From Thelocarpon superellum (taxonomy: Eukaryota), in contig JAPEUG010000013.1 in assembly GCA_026025795.1 (NCBI GenBank), forward strand, positions 62,001 through 97,163: 35,163 bases of DNA. Direction: 5' to 3'. Positions 9,726 to 21,886 of this stretch are shown in pieces (position 1 is the first letter of the stretch; each line of letters starts with the position of its first letter). The notes under the pieces are model-generated. The model saw only the letters and a program-made list of their open reading frames with translations, searched no databases and was not told the DNA's origin. A program made the translations under genes and the position numbers.

Positions 9726-11421
9726 ATGGTGGAAGATAAGTACGTGATGGGAATGCCCGGCGCCGAGCTCCGGGCCTGCGTCGTGGGTGCGGTAGGCTGA
9801 CCGCCTGCTTTGCAGATACATTGGGCTGGCCCTGGCCATCATGTCCACCATGGCCATTGGTGAGTGTCAGTTCCTCGTCATGTGAGGCATCACTAACCGG
9901 CCCCGCTAGGCACGAGTTTCGTCATCACCAAAAAGGTCCGTCTTCACGGCGCTTTGGCCGTTGATTGTGCTCTCGCCTCGTCCTGGACCGGAGGAACGCC
10001 GCTAACGAGGTGGGGTGCAGGGGTTGATGGAAGCAAGTGAACGACTTGGCTTTGAGGGGGAGGGTCACGCCTATCTACGAAGTCCCATCTGGTGGGGTGG
10101 GATCATCACCTGTACGTAGCCGCGGCAGGCCCGATGGGCAGGCCCGATGGGCATGGGGCCGGGACCTTGACTGACGTGCGTGGTAGTGATCGTGGGCGAG
10201 GTGGCCAACTTTGCCGCCTATGCCTTTGCGCCAGCCATTCTCGTCACCCCTCTAGGGGCGCTGAGTGTGTTGATTGGGTTCGTAGCCTCGTCGGTCTCCT
10301 CTTGTCCTTGCGCGCCCCACTAACGTCGAGCAGAGCCGTCTTGGGGGCATACTTCCTCAAAGAAGAACTTGGGACGCTGGGGAAACTGGGGTGCGCCATG
10401 TGCTTGATCGGCTCGGTCATCATCGTGCTGCACGCCCCACCGGATAAAGAGATCCAGACCGTGGACGAGATTCTCCACTACGCCATCCGATTCCGTGAGT
10501 GCGAAAAGGTCTCCCTGACGAGTGCTATGGCGAGCTGACGGGAGAATTTGTAGCCTTCCTGCTCTACTGTCTGGTGGTCACCGTCTTCGCAGTCGTCATG
10601 ATTTACCACATTGCGCCCCGATACGGCCGGACCAACCCGCTCATCTACATCTCCATCTGCTCCACCGTGGGCTCCGTCTCGGTGATGTCAGTCAAGGCCT
10701 TTGGCATCGCGCTGAAGTTGACCCTGGCGGGCAACAACCAATTCAGCCATCCGTCGACCTATGTCTTTGTCATCGTTGTCGTCGTCTGCATTCTGACCCA
10801 GATGAATTACTTCAACAAGGCGCTGAGCCAATTCTCCACGTCCCTGTAAGCTCCTTCCCTCGTCTTGCCTGTGGTGTTGAGCCGCGGCCCGGACTGACGA
10901 CTGACCACGCGCGGTGCAGGGTCAATCCTTTGTATTATGTCACCTTTACCACGGCCACCCTCTGCGCATCTTTCATCCTCTTCAGTGGCTTTAACACCAC
11001 CGACGCCGTCAGCATCATCTCCCTGCTCAGCGGCTTTCTCGTCATCTTCACTGGGGTCTACCTGTTGAATTTGTCGCGGGGTGACCCCGATGGCCACACG
11101 TTGTTGAATGGGGATGGTCCGGACGGAGTGCCGACGGACGGCATCGCGGGCATTCAAACGCGGCGCAGCATGCAGGCGCGGCGAAGCTCCATCGAGAATC
11201 ACCGGCGCGGCTCGGGGAGCGTGTCATATGGGCGGGGCGACCGGGAGGGACTGATCCACGCCTACGACGAGGAGAATGGTGCCTTTGGCTTGACCGATCT
11301 TGCAGAAGAGAGCGATGACGCCGCCGACGTTAAGCCCCATGGAAACGGCGACAGTAGCAAAGGCTACCCCCAGGAGAATGGTACCCACCTGACGCCACCC
11401 CTCAGATCGCCAAACCGATAG
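9726..11421 (+). CDS. NIPA/DUF803 family magnesium transporter
   Basis: Spliced protein [30 protein letters not shown]...[10 protein letters not shown]...[28 protein letters not shown]...[10 protein letters not shown]...[11 protein letters not shown]. Introns at 9740-9815, 9860-9909, 9936-10020, 10112-10186, 10278-10333, 10495-10553 and 10846-10919. Confidence 0.94.
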
Positions 11422-11935
11422 TGCCCGGCGTTGTGACCCGCTTTTGTACAATTCTTCTGTCCAGTGTCTAGACCGGCTGTATGATGGCCGTACGCCGGCC
11501 TCTTGGTGTTGGTGTTCAGCGTTGATTCCAGCTTTGTACCCGGATCGGAGGAATCGGATCGGGTCAGGTCACGATCAAGAAGATCCCGGCATCGCATCAT
11601 ATCACGGCGTTTCCGTTTCAGTGTCGTCTTCAGGGTAGGCCGATGCCGGGCAGGAAATCCGCGTTCCGTCTTGTTCACGCCTCGACGAAGAATGCTCGCA
11701 ATCCCATGATACTTTCTCATCCAAGCCAGACCGCGTAGGAGTAGTGATGGCTTGCATGTCATATGAAAGTGGGTGGGTAAAGGAAGACAGCCGTGACCGT
11801 GAACGAATCCATCACGTGTCGGAATGACGGTATCCCGTGGGCAGCTTCATTGCAAAGGGCCAAAGGGACCATAGACACCTCGCCGCCCGTCCAATTACTC
11901 CTCTCCCCCATGTCATCTCGGCCGACGCACCGACC

Positions 11936-14900
11936 ATGCCCGCGCTTGTCCGCAAGCTCCGGGTCGTGGCCACGCCCGAGGGGCTGGTGCTGCAGCCGGT
12001 GTCGCTGCGCCAAAAGCGAGCGGCCCTCCCAGTGAGGATCAGGTACCGCAATCGCGAGATCCTTACCGTTGCCCCACCGTCCGATGGCTATATCCATGAT
12101 ACCTCTGCGCTGGAGTCGTACGGCGTGCTTGGTGGGCACCAAACGAGGCCCGACTCTCGCGTCAGACCTGTCCGCTGACTGCCGCCGTCCCCAGGTCTGC
12201 TCTCGGTCAACTCCGCCTCCTTCCTCATCCTCATCATCCGGCGGGAGCAAGTTGCACAGATTCGTGGAAGGCCCATCTACGTCATCTCCGATGTCACCCT
12301 GATCCCCTTGTCCTCTCAGCCCGAGGCCAAAACCGCCATCAGCCGCGCCCGAGATCGGCTTAGGAAGCAGGACAAGTCGGGTCTCGATCACGATCTATCA
12401 GACGAAGGTGAAGCCGATCTACCGGGAGACGAAGAGCTGTTTGAGGATGAAGATGACGTCGAGCTTCCCCCTCCTGCCGGGCCCGACGTTGACCCGTCTC
12501 CCGGCCAAGCATTCGCCCAGCACCGGCGACGCACCAGCGTGGCCGAAGATGTCATCGGCAAGAAAGGCATGTACGGTCGCTTCGCCGAGCGATGGTTCTC
12601 CAACCAGGGCTGGAGCGTGGAGAAGAGAAGGTTGCAGGGCATGAGCACCGACGTAGCACCCGTCGCGGTCCTACGAACGACGGAAGGGTCGAGGGGAAAG
12701 GACTCGGCCCTCTCACCCAGCTCCGCCGCCTTAACCCGACTCCTACAGCCTCCGGGGGTAACGTCGAGCCTCCTGCCAAAGTTGCTGCGTACGACCAAGA
12801 TGTTGTTCAGTTCGCGCAATTTCTTCTTCTCCTACGATGTCGATATCACCCGGAGTCCGACATCACGAGTAGCGAGCTCCGACCTCTTTCTCCATCAAAA
12901 TGTGGATCCCATGGTATGCTCCTTGGCTGACAGCGGCGCTCTCTGATCTTTCGACACTTACCGTTCGTAGTTCTTCTGGAATCGCCATCTGATGGAGCCT
13001 TTTATTGCCAGCGGCCACGACTCCATCGTCCTTCCCGTCATGCAGGGATTTGTCGGGCAGTGCTCGTTCATGGTCGATCACGCCTCAGGCCACGGTCCTG
13101 ATGCAATCTCTCAGGTTCACCGAGACGTGGGAGACGTGGTGGAAGATCAGAATAATACCGAGGATTCGGAGGCGGAGTCAATGAATGAGGACGAGGAGAA
13201 CGCTGACTTTCTACTGACCTTGATCTCGAGACGCTCGGTGGAACGAGCGGGCCTGCGCTACCTCCGTCGAGGGGTGGACGAGGACGGTCACGCGGCCAAC
13301 AGCGTGGAGACGGAGCAGATCCTGTCGCGATCGTCGTGGAAGTCGTCGGAGAGGATTCATTCGCTGATGCAAGTGCGAGGATCGATCCCTCTGTTCTTCT
13401 CTCAGTCGCCGTATGCCTTCAAACCGGTGCCGATGCTACAGCATTCGCCGGAGAGCAACCTGGCGACGCTGAAGACGCACTTTGCCCGTCTGGCGAGCCA
13501 ATATGGGGCTGTGCATGTGGCCTCCTTGGTGGCGAAGCACGGGTCCGAGGCAATTCTGGGTGAGGCTTATGAGGAGATGATGGCCCGATTGAACGACGAA
13601 GGGGGGATCGATGGTGCGAGGATAGGCTTTGAATGGTTTGACTTTCATGACGTCTGTCGGGGGATGAAATTTGAAAACGTCAGTCTCCTGATTGATACCC
13701 TGGGTCGCACGCTGGACGGCTTTGGTTGCACGGTGGAGGTGAATGGCGAGTTGCGGCATACGCAGAAAGGCATCCTCCGGACCAATTGCATGGACTGTTT
13801 GGACCGAACCAACGTCGTCCAGAGCTTTTGTGGCCGACGGGCGCTGGAGGACCAACTCCGGCACGAGGGCATCGAGCTTAATCTACAATCGGACAGGTCG
13901 ACGCCGTGGTTCAATGCGCTGTGGGCGGACAACGGCGATGCCATTTCCAAACAATACACCTCCACCGCGGCGCTGAAGGGAGACTACACGCGGACGCGGA
14001 AGCGTGACTACCGCGGAGCGTTGAATGACCTTGGACTCAGCATGTCCCGGTACTTCAACAATATCGTGAATGACTACTTCTCCCAGGCAGCCATCGACTA
14101 TTTGCTAGGGAATGTCAACGCGCAGATCTTTGAAGAGTTTGAGGCGGATATGATGAGCGGGGATCCGGCCATCTCGATGAGCAAGTTGCGTCAGAACGCC
14201 GGTGGGTTCGTTGTTGCCGCCGTGGTTCCCCGCTAATGATTCTAGTTGATACGAGCGCGCGACTGGTGATTGAGGATACGTCGGAGGAATTGCTAGGGGG
14301 CTGGACCTTGCTTTCCCCCCGAGTCCCGGGCACCCTGTAAGTCAGACAGTGACCAGATTTGCCCTGACCAGCACTGACCCGCTGCAGCCGGACGTGGCCC
14401 TTTTCGGAAACGGTGTTGATCTTGACGTCGTTGGCACTGTACACATGTTTCTTCATCCCATCCGCGCCGCTCGAGAAGATTTCCTCATTTACACGGATAC
14501 CACTGGAACAGATCCAACGGCTGCATCATGGAGCGTATATCGTGTCGACGCTAGCGAGCACGCACACGTCTGAGAGCCGCAATGTAGGGCTCGTGGTGAC
14601 GTACGCCGACGACGCGACAGTGAAGTTCATCCGACGCGCGCCGACAAGTCAAGACCTGGCATCCCATCCGCCTTCGGTCGATGCCGACGCCGACGCCGAC
14701 GCCGACGCCGATGCAGACGCTTTAGGCGGCGGTGACACGAAGAAAACGACCCGATTCCTAGCGTTCAAGGCGCTCTCATCTCGTTCGTCATCGTCCGGCT
14801 CGTTCAGATTGCATTCGTTGCGCACCTCTCTCGACCCTTCATCCTCCTCCACCTCTTCTCCCACACGTCTTTCTCCACCTCCTGTCGTGTCGGCCGAGGG

Positions 14901-15255
14901 CACGATTCCTTCTCCCATCAGCGAGGACGATTTCGTGCGGGATATCTGTTTGCAGATTGAAAGCGCTACGAATGCTCTACTCGCCTCCATGGCGGAGGAA
15001 GAAGACGGAGGGGGAGAAGGTACGGCCAAGGGGGAAGAAGAGCGGGAGCGGGAGCGGGAGGGGGAAGAGGATAACGCGAGCAAAGCAAAGGGGAAAGAAA
15101 CTAAAGGGGAGAGGAGGAAAGAAGGCGGCACAAAGAAGAGAAAGAGTGTTGTCCAGGTCGAGAAGCAGCCCGTCATTTCCCTAGCGGAAGCAAGGAGAAG
15201 TACGGGATTGTTGGAGATGTTGGGATATCAATTAAAGAAGATGGTGTGGGCCTAG
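11936..15255 (+). CDS. SacI-homology phosphoinositide phosphatase with a C-terminal hSac2-like domain (Sac2/INPP5F-like)
   Basis: FFFSYDVDIT, FFWNRHL, LISRRSVERAGLRYLRRGVD, NSVETEQI, QVRGSIPLF, catalytic CX5RT (RTNCMDCLDRTNVVQ) and WADNGDAISKQY. Introns at 12132-12194, 12914-12970, 14202-14245 and 14337-14387. Confidence 0.92.
14680..14720 (+). repeat. Coding hexamer repeat (GAYGCC)n encoding DADADA
   Basis: gatgccgacgccgacgccgacgccgacgccgatgcagacgc, read directly. Confidence 0.85.
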
Positions 15256-15367
15256 GGAAGGGGTGATGGAATGGATGTCTCAGATCATCGCTCTGGGTCC
15301 TGTTACTGTCCATTGATTCCTTCGTTCCTTCGTTCTCGTTGATTCGCGCATGTAGATTCATCCCCGT

Positions 15368-15412
15368 CATCCATCATCCATCATCCACGAATCATCATCA
15401 TCATCATCTCAT
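15368..15412. repeat. CATC/CAT microsatellite between convergent stop codons
   Basis: catccatcatccatcatcca...atcatcatcatcatcatc in the 195-bp gap between the Sac gene and PDE stop codons. Confidence 0.8.
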
Positions 15413-15450
15413 CCAGCGACAAGTAGGCGAGCAGACAAGCAAGGCGCCAC

Positions 15451-17647
15451 TTATAACCAGACAGACCCACCAGCCTGCGAAATGACAAACTCGCACCCCA
15501 GCTTCGCCTGTTTCTCGTACGCCTGCAACTGCGCGAGGATCGACACGCCAATGTGTGGGCCGTCGCGTAGGGTTTCTTTCATGTGGATTATGATCACTTT
15601 CACCCCTCGCAGAGGGTACGATGACGACGGGTAGGTGTGGATTGAGTGGGGAGAGTGCGGCGGGTGCGCCTTGGGTGGGGGAGTATGGGCGTGCCCGTGC
15701 CCGTGGCCGTGTCCGTGACTGTGACCGTGGCCGTGGGAGTGGCCGTGGGAGTGGAAGTATGAGTGACCTTGGCCGTGTGCGTGGGAATGAGAGTGTCGAG
15801 GCGAGGTAGGCCGCGAGGAAGAATGCGAATGCAGATGCATATGCTGAGAATGCGAGAGAGATCTCGACGGCGGAAGCGCCATGGGTAGGGACGGAGGCGG
15901 CGGAGGAGAGGCCGGAGGCGACGCATCCGCCAATGAAAAGTCGTTCAGCGTCCCGCTGTCCGTCGAGTCCCGTCGGTCTCGATGTCGATCGCGATCTGCT
16001 CGTCCGCCTGAGGACCGCAGGGCTTTCCGGGAACTTCGCCGCTCCGCTCGTTCGTCCCCTTCGCCTCCTTCGGATCTGGTCCCACGGCTGTCGAGTTTTC
16101 GTTTCCGGGTTGAGCTGGACGTCGACGGCGGGACGTCCTCCTTCTCCTGCTCCTTCTCCTTCTCCTCCTTGACTGCCGCCACCGCCCCGGCGAGAAACTT
16201 GAGTTCTTCAATCAGATGGCGCGGTGCGAGATGCCCAAACAGCGTCTCGTCTGATTGCGAGTCGTCGTAGGAACATTCAATGAAGATGCCCGTCAGCAGA
16301 CCCGCCGCAATCTTGCCCGCCGCGTCGGTCCAGACCTGCGCCGTGCGTGGCGACAGCGAGATGGTGTCCGGCTCCACGTCGCCAAAGACCAACACCTCTT
16401 TGCCCGAGTGGGCGTCACGGATGAAAAATGCCGTGCTGTCATACACGCACGCCCGTTCTGACATGTAACCCGAGAAGCTCCGTCGTTCCGGCTCGCCCGA
16501 CATCGACACTCGGCGCGACGCCGGCGTGCCCTGATTCGAGAGATCCAACGACCCGGCGCTGCCTCGCGAGTAATTGTGGCTGTACCCCTTCATGCAGTGC
16601 CCGTGGCTCACGCTCCAGCTCTTCACCCCTAGCCCCTCACACACCTCGATGTAGCCTCGTCCGTCGCCCTCGCCGATGGCAATGTTGCCGCCCTCGGCCA
16701 GACGCATATAGCTCAGCAGCCCCACCCCGCCGTCCTCGTCCGACAGGTTCGGCCAGATCAAGTCATTGAAGATGTGCGTCTTGATGGCATCGATGGTCGA
16801 CGGGAGCGCCGCCAACCGCTTGGGTCGTGACGTGTGCTGGAAGGAGGCCGTGTTGATGACGAAGCCCGAGATGTGGTCGAGGTGGGGATGTGTGATGAGG
16901 TAGGTCGACACCAGCTCGCGCGTGATGTACGCCGCATTGGCCGCCGCGCTCTCGTGCGGCACGTCGAGTCCAGCAAACGGGCCTTGGGACATACATGAAG
17001 CGTGCCGCTTGCTGACCGCCGACATCGAGTTGGCGCGCGAGGGCCGCGCGGCTGCCACGGACGACGTCGTGCCGTTGTTGAATCGCGCTTTCGCCTTGGC
17101 CGGTGCATCATCGTCGACGAGTGCGGCCGATTGTGGCTCCTCCGCTCGACTCGGCAGATGGGTGTCCACGATCCGAGTGATGGCCGCGAGATGCGTGCCG
17201 GCATCGACGGCCAACAGCGACCCTTTAGCCCACTTGGTCGCCGTCGATCTTACCAGGAGCCCCGTAACTTTCTCTTCATTGGGACCTCCACCAGAACCCT
17301 GCACACGTCGGACGTTAGCATGTGGCTCGTTTCTGCGGCTAAGACATGTGCGCCAGGCAGCCGTCAACGTGGTCAATGATGCAGACGGTAGACAGCATCG
17401 CCATGACGCGCCCCAGCCGAGACACGCATAATCTCCCATACCGGGCCGACCACCCCGACCACCTCTGTCTACCCTCCCTACTCTGCCTGGGTTCGACGGG
17501 GGAGGGGTGGATGATCCACGGGGAGGCGTAGACGGAGACGCGGAGACGCGAAGACACCAAAACGCTTACCAAAACAATCACTTGAAACGCCGCCAAGGTG
17601 GCATGCTCGTCCGGAGCCAGCCCGGCGGTTTCCACATCCCCTTTCAT
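15451..17647 (-). CDS. PDE1: Class II (low-affinity) cAMP phosphodiesterase, PdeL/Pde1-type
   Basis: FQVIVL|GSGGGPNE, AVDAG, metallo-beta-lactamase motif THPHLDHISG, HIFNDLIWPNL, VSHG, FGDVEPD, FIECSY, FGHLAP and IIHMK. One 271-bp intron at 17299-17569 (GTAAGC...GCTAAC...CAG). Confidence 0.93.
15690..15845 (-). repeat. Coding His/Gly/Ser low-complexity repeat within the PDE
   Basis: Translates to HMHLHSH...HSHSHAHGQGHSYFHSHGHSHGHGHSHGHGHGHGHAH. Confidence 0.85.
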
Positions 17648-18349
17648 GAACCTGCCTGGACGCTGGTTTGCTGCAAGAGAGCGGATGGCGTTTGCCCAAG
17701 CTGCAGGACGACCTTTCTCGATTTGAGCGCCCAATGTGCTTCACCTCCCCTCCACGCACGTCCACTCGCACCCACACACGCGCTCGCACCGACGAGGGTA
17801 GTCTCCAACGTGCCGTGGAAGCCGAGCCCACGCTCCCCTGTCGCACAGCGGTCCAATCCCCCTCCGCTGCTCGGGGCCAAGTCCCCACCGGCGGACACGG
17901 GAGGGCGGGGTGCTCGTGTCGGTGCTTGCAGCGATAGCCGGTCGGTGTAACGCGCGCGGTGCGCGCCGGAGCCGGGAGGTTTCGCACTTGCGCGCTACGG
18001 CCTGCCCTCGTCAGGCGTGGTGAGCGAGGACGGCTGCAGCCTGCCGAGGAGAGGGGAAGATGCGAATGCACCGGGCCGTTTGTCCTTTTCCGCGGTGAGT
18101 CTGACTGGTCCAGAACAATCCTGCACAATCAGGGAATTCGGGGACAAACCGCAGCGGGGCGTGTGCGGTGGCCCGTTGGCGGCCAGATCCGAATGCTACA
18201 AAGAGGGCGTCGCGCGCACCGTTGATGATCGATGGCGGGGGCGGTGACACGCGCACCGGTTCACGGAGGAGTGAAGTGAACTTGGTCAAGTGTCTCTGTT
18301 CCAACGATCAAAGAGTGGTCGACGGCGCGGTCAAGGCGAGTAACGGAGG

Positions 18350-18428
18350 ACGGGGAACGGGGGGAACGGGGGACGGGGACGGGGACGGGGACGGGGGTCG
18401 GGGACGGGGGACGGAGAACGGGAGACGG
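18350..18428. repeat. (GGGGAC)n G-rich tandem repeat, potential G-quadruplex
   Basis: More than 8 runs of GGGG or longer, spaced by AC/AAC/TC, ~700 bp upstream of the PDE start codon. Confidence 0.85.
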
Positions 18429-19937
18429 GTGCAACACCAGCACGGCAATTGACCCCGGGAGTTGCGCGCTGTTGATTTTACACGTGGAGAAAACGACGGC
18501 GGCCTGGAGAAGGTGCTGAACTTTCCGGACATCCAGGGGACGGGGGACCGGTGCCGCCGGTGCCGGCACCTGGGCCGTCATTGCGCTGTGTGGTGCTGCC
18601 TCAGTCCGTGGCCATGGCCGTGACCCGTCGGTCGGCCGTGGCCCTTCACGCGGCTCTACCACAGGCTACACGCGATGCTAGCTGAATCCGTGCCTGGAAA
18701 GAGATGATCTCGAGCGCTAAATCCGTCACCGTCAAGTACCTGGCAATAAGCTTTCGCTTTCGCCTTCGCATCGCCTTCCGCCGTCACGCCAGCCTGCATC
18801 TCACCTCGAGTCGTTCGTGGGCCACCTGGAAACAGCACACGAATGGCCACTCATTTCCTGATCATCGGCGTCGTCGCGGTCAGTCCGCTGCTCACGCTTA
18901 GCCGGTACTCATTCGACTTGTACGGGTGCCCGAGTGGCATTTCTATTCTTCCCCGTGCTGGCCGAGTCGTCGGCCCCGGCACCGGCCGCTAGCTGGCTGG
19001 GTGGACTGATCCGGCGACCTGGTAGGCATTCCATCACGCGACGGGACCTTTCTCATGTGAAGCCGTCCAGGTGCAAACCTTGGGACGAAAGACTGCCATG
19101 ACGGGAGTCTCGACTCGATCCAGAGGGATCCTTCCGAGCTCCAGGAACGGTAATTTCCCCTGCATTTGCGCGAGCGTGCGTGATACCATAGCCCCGGCCC
19201 GAGTGGACGGGGGGACGAGAGGACGAGTTCGTGAGGATCGTCGATGAAGGGATTCCCCGGACCGGTAAACCGTGGGAATACGAGGTACTTCGATACGAGG
19301 AAGCACTTTCGCCGTCGGAAATATCGAGTTTAGCGACGGGAGACGCGCGCGAAATCCATCTCCATCCTCCGGGCGAGCGAGTCAGACCACTCGGACCAGG
19401 CGACCGTGGACGATGACGGTGGTACACGGGCCGAGACCAGCTCCACATGAAAGAACAATCCCCTTATCAAAGGATGCCATCGATGCACGGATGCACTCTA
19501 GCCCTGCCGTATCTAGATCGCCGTCACCTCTGTAACGACCGCTGCGTCCTTGGAGCAGGATTGGCATCTACGAGCACACCTTGGTGGCACCAGAAGTGCT
19601 GTGTTCTTTGGGTACCGAGTCAGAAAGCGAGTCTCGCCGGGACCACGGCTTCGCGGACCAATTGCCTTTGTAGTACGAGCGTGGTATCTCTACCTTATGA
19701 CCCCGACCCCGAATTCCATCAAAAATATGCAGCGGGTCTCGTACAGCAGTCTCATCATATTGTAACATGAGCGGCATCCCGATGAAACGCCACGCCCCAA
19801 AGAAGGTTCATTGTCGTCCCGTTCCTCGCCTCCCAGACGCCAGTCGCATCGAAAGTGCTCAAAGGGATAAAACCATTCGACATGCCTGCGCTGGCTGATG
19901 CACCATTCCCTCCATTCCCTTGCGTTCCTTGCATCTC

Positions 19938-21608
19938 TTACACCTGCTCGTCGCGTCCCTGGTGCTCACGGTCGTTCGCCACGGCCGCGTCGTAGCTCGG
20001 GATGGGCGGACGTGGCGACGTCTGTCGCAGCAGGGGCGCCGCGGCATGGCTCGGACTCTCCGGCGGACTCCCCGCATCCGACGGCTCCGGGCTCGTGTAC
20101 TCGGGCGGAGGCGCGTTGTGATGTGATTGGGGGCCGGGCAGGCCGTAGGTCCGCGAGGACGGGTCCAGGCCGAGGCCGCTGGTGCCCTCGCCCGCGTCAT
20201 CGTGCGACGGGATGTGGGCGAGCTGGGCCAGGGAGATGTCGGTCGGTGATCGCACCGGGCCCGGGCTGGTCGGCGGCCGTGAGCGCGTCGGTCCATGGCG
20301 CACCCGCGACTGATCGAGGCTCGTGTACCGTGCTTGGCTGTTCTGAAAGCCCTCGCGCCCGGCCTCCAGCAAGATGCTGCCTTGCTCGCTCCCGTAGGGC
20401 GGTGGCGGCGCCAGGCTGCCCGTCATCGGCGCCAAGCCCCACTTCTTGACATTGGCCTCGATGTAGACGAAGCCCATCTGTCCAAAGTTGGCGTGCACCG
20501 TGCATGGTCCGTTGGCACCCACGGTAGGGAAGAAGTTCTGTGACTTGAGGCCGTGCGCCACGTCATCTAGTTTTCTCCCATTGCGCGTGAAGAACACGGT
20601 GCCCGTCCGCGGCCGGTATCCCACCCCGACCACATCACCCTGCACAAAGGCCGGGCCGTAATTGGTTGGAGTGAAGGGTTGGTTGTATCGCCGATGGCCC
20701 GTCGAGGTGTATGCCACCGAGAACTTGTGCCACCCTGCGTGCCATGTCAGTCATCATCCTCCAAATCCCCGGGTGCGTCAGGCTGACCTGGCAAGCGGAA
20801 CAGTGGGTAGGGCTTGGTCGTCATCCCGATGCTGATCAGCGTTGACTCGGGCTTGTCGTAAATCTTGGCCTCCCAGTAGTACACCTCGTTCTGCTTCGGC
20901 ACGGGGAGATTGCTCTGCACGCTGCACTCCGAGTCAAAGAACTCAATCTCTGTGCGGCCTTCGACGAAGCAGTTGGCGATCTCCAGCTCAGGCTCAAACT
21001 CCCAGGCCGACACGCCCTTCTCTTGGATCGCCAGGAATTGTGAGAGCGAGATATCGGTCTGCATCGAATCGGGTGGGTTGGCTTGGACGAAGGCTATCAT
21101 GGTGCACCATCCGTTAGCCACGCTAGATCCACCTGCCGGCACCCATCACACCCAACCACTCACCCTTGGCCCGCTGGTACTCGGCCCGCTGTAGATCGTC
21201 CATCTCGGCCAAGGCTTCAGCCTCCTCGCGAGCGAACGTCTGTTCATCATCGTATTCGCCCGGTCGTCCAAATCGATCGAGCATGATTCGGCCTCGGTTG
21301 GTATAACGGAAGAAGTAGATGATGGCGAACACGACGGCCACGAAGGCCGCCGAGCCAAAGGCGGAGAGCATGCCAATGAGGATGCCTTTGCCCGTCGAGC
21401 CCGCGTCGGCGACAGACGCGGGGCGGAAGGAGTGGGAGTACGCCAGTCGCTGGCGGAGATAGTCCATGCCGGCCATCTCCCCCGGGGAGAGGGTGGTAGC
21501 TGGCGTCGGCGGCGTCAGAAGGGCAAAGGGAGACCTGAAGCTTGAGTCCGGCCCGGACGCGGCCGCTTGTTCCTCGGCCCGATTTGAGCGGGACGCAGGC
21601 TGCATCAT
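19938..21608 (-). CDS. SSH4: Ssh4-like SPRY-domain membrane protein, Rsp5 ubiquitin-ligase adaptor
   Basis: Single TM (GILIGMLSAFGSAAFVAVVFAIIYFF), QEKGVSAWEFEP, VYYWEAKIYDKP, KPYPLFRLPGWHKFSVAY, GDVVGVGYRPRTGTVFFTRNG and PY motifs PPPY and PPEY. Introns at 21094-21163 and 20735-20787. Start codon uncertain. Confidence 0.9.
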
Positions 21609-21860
21609 GATGGTGATGTCGGACAGCGCTCGTGACCGGCTTGGGTCGCCGGAGTGGACGAGCTGGTGTGTAGGAATCGGACCCGCAGCCAGACCGGGTC
21701 AATGCGGCATCATGACAGGACCCGCGGACGATGGAACGCGAACGGTCGGACGAATTCCCAGGCAAGGCGAGATGTGTGGCGATGACGATGAGGATAGAGC
21801 GAGGATGGAGGGACGCCTGTCAGACCTGGTTGCGGCCTAAGTGGTGTTCGGTTGGGGGCA

Positions 21861-21886
21861 GTGGTGGGTGTGGTGGGTGTGGTGGG
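21861..21886. repeat. (GTGGTGGGT)x3 tandem repeat upstream of SSH4
   Basis: gtggtgggtgtggtgggtgtggtggg, read directly. Confidence 0.75.

Noticed and set aside
17648..17734. Non-AUG N-terminal extension of the PDE
   Set aside because: An 87-nt open frame upstream is unremarkable at this GC content.
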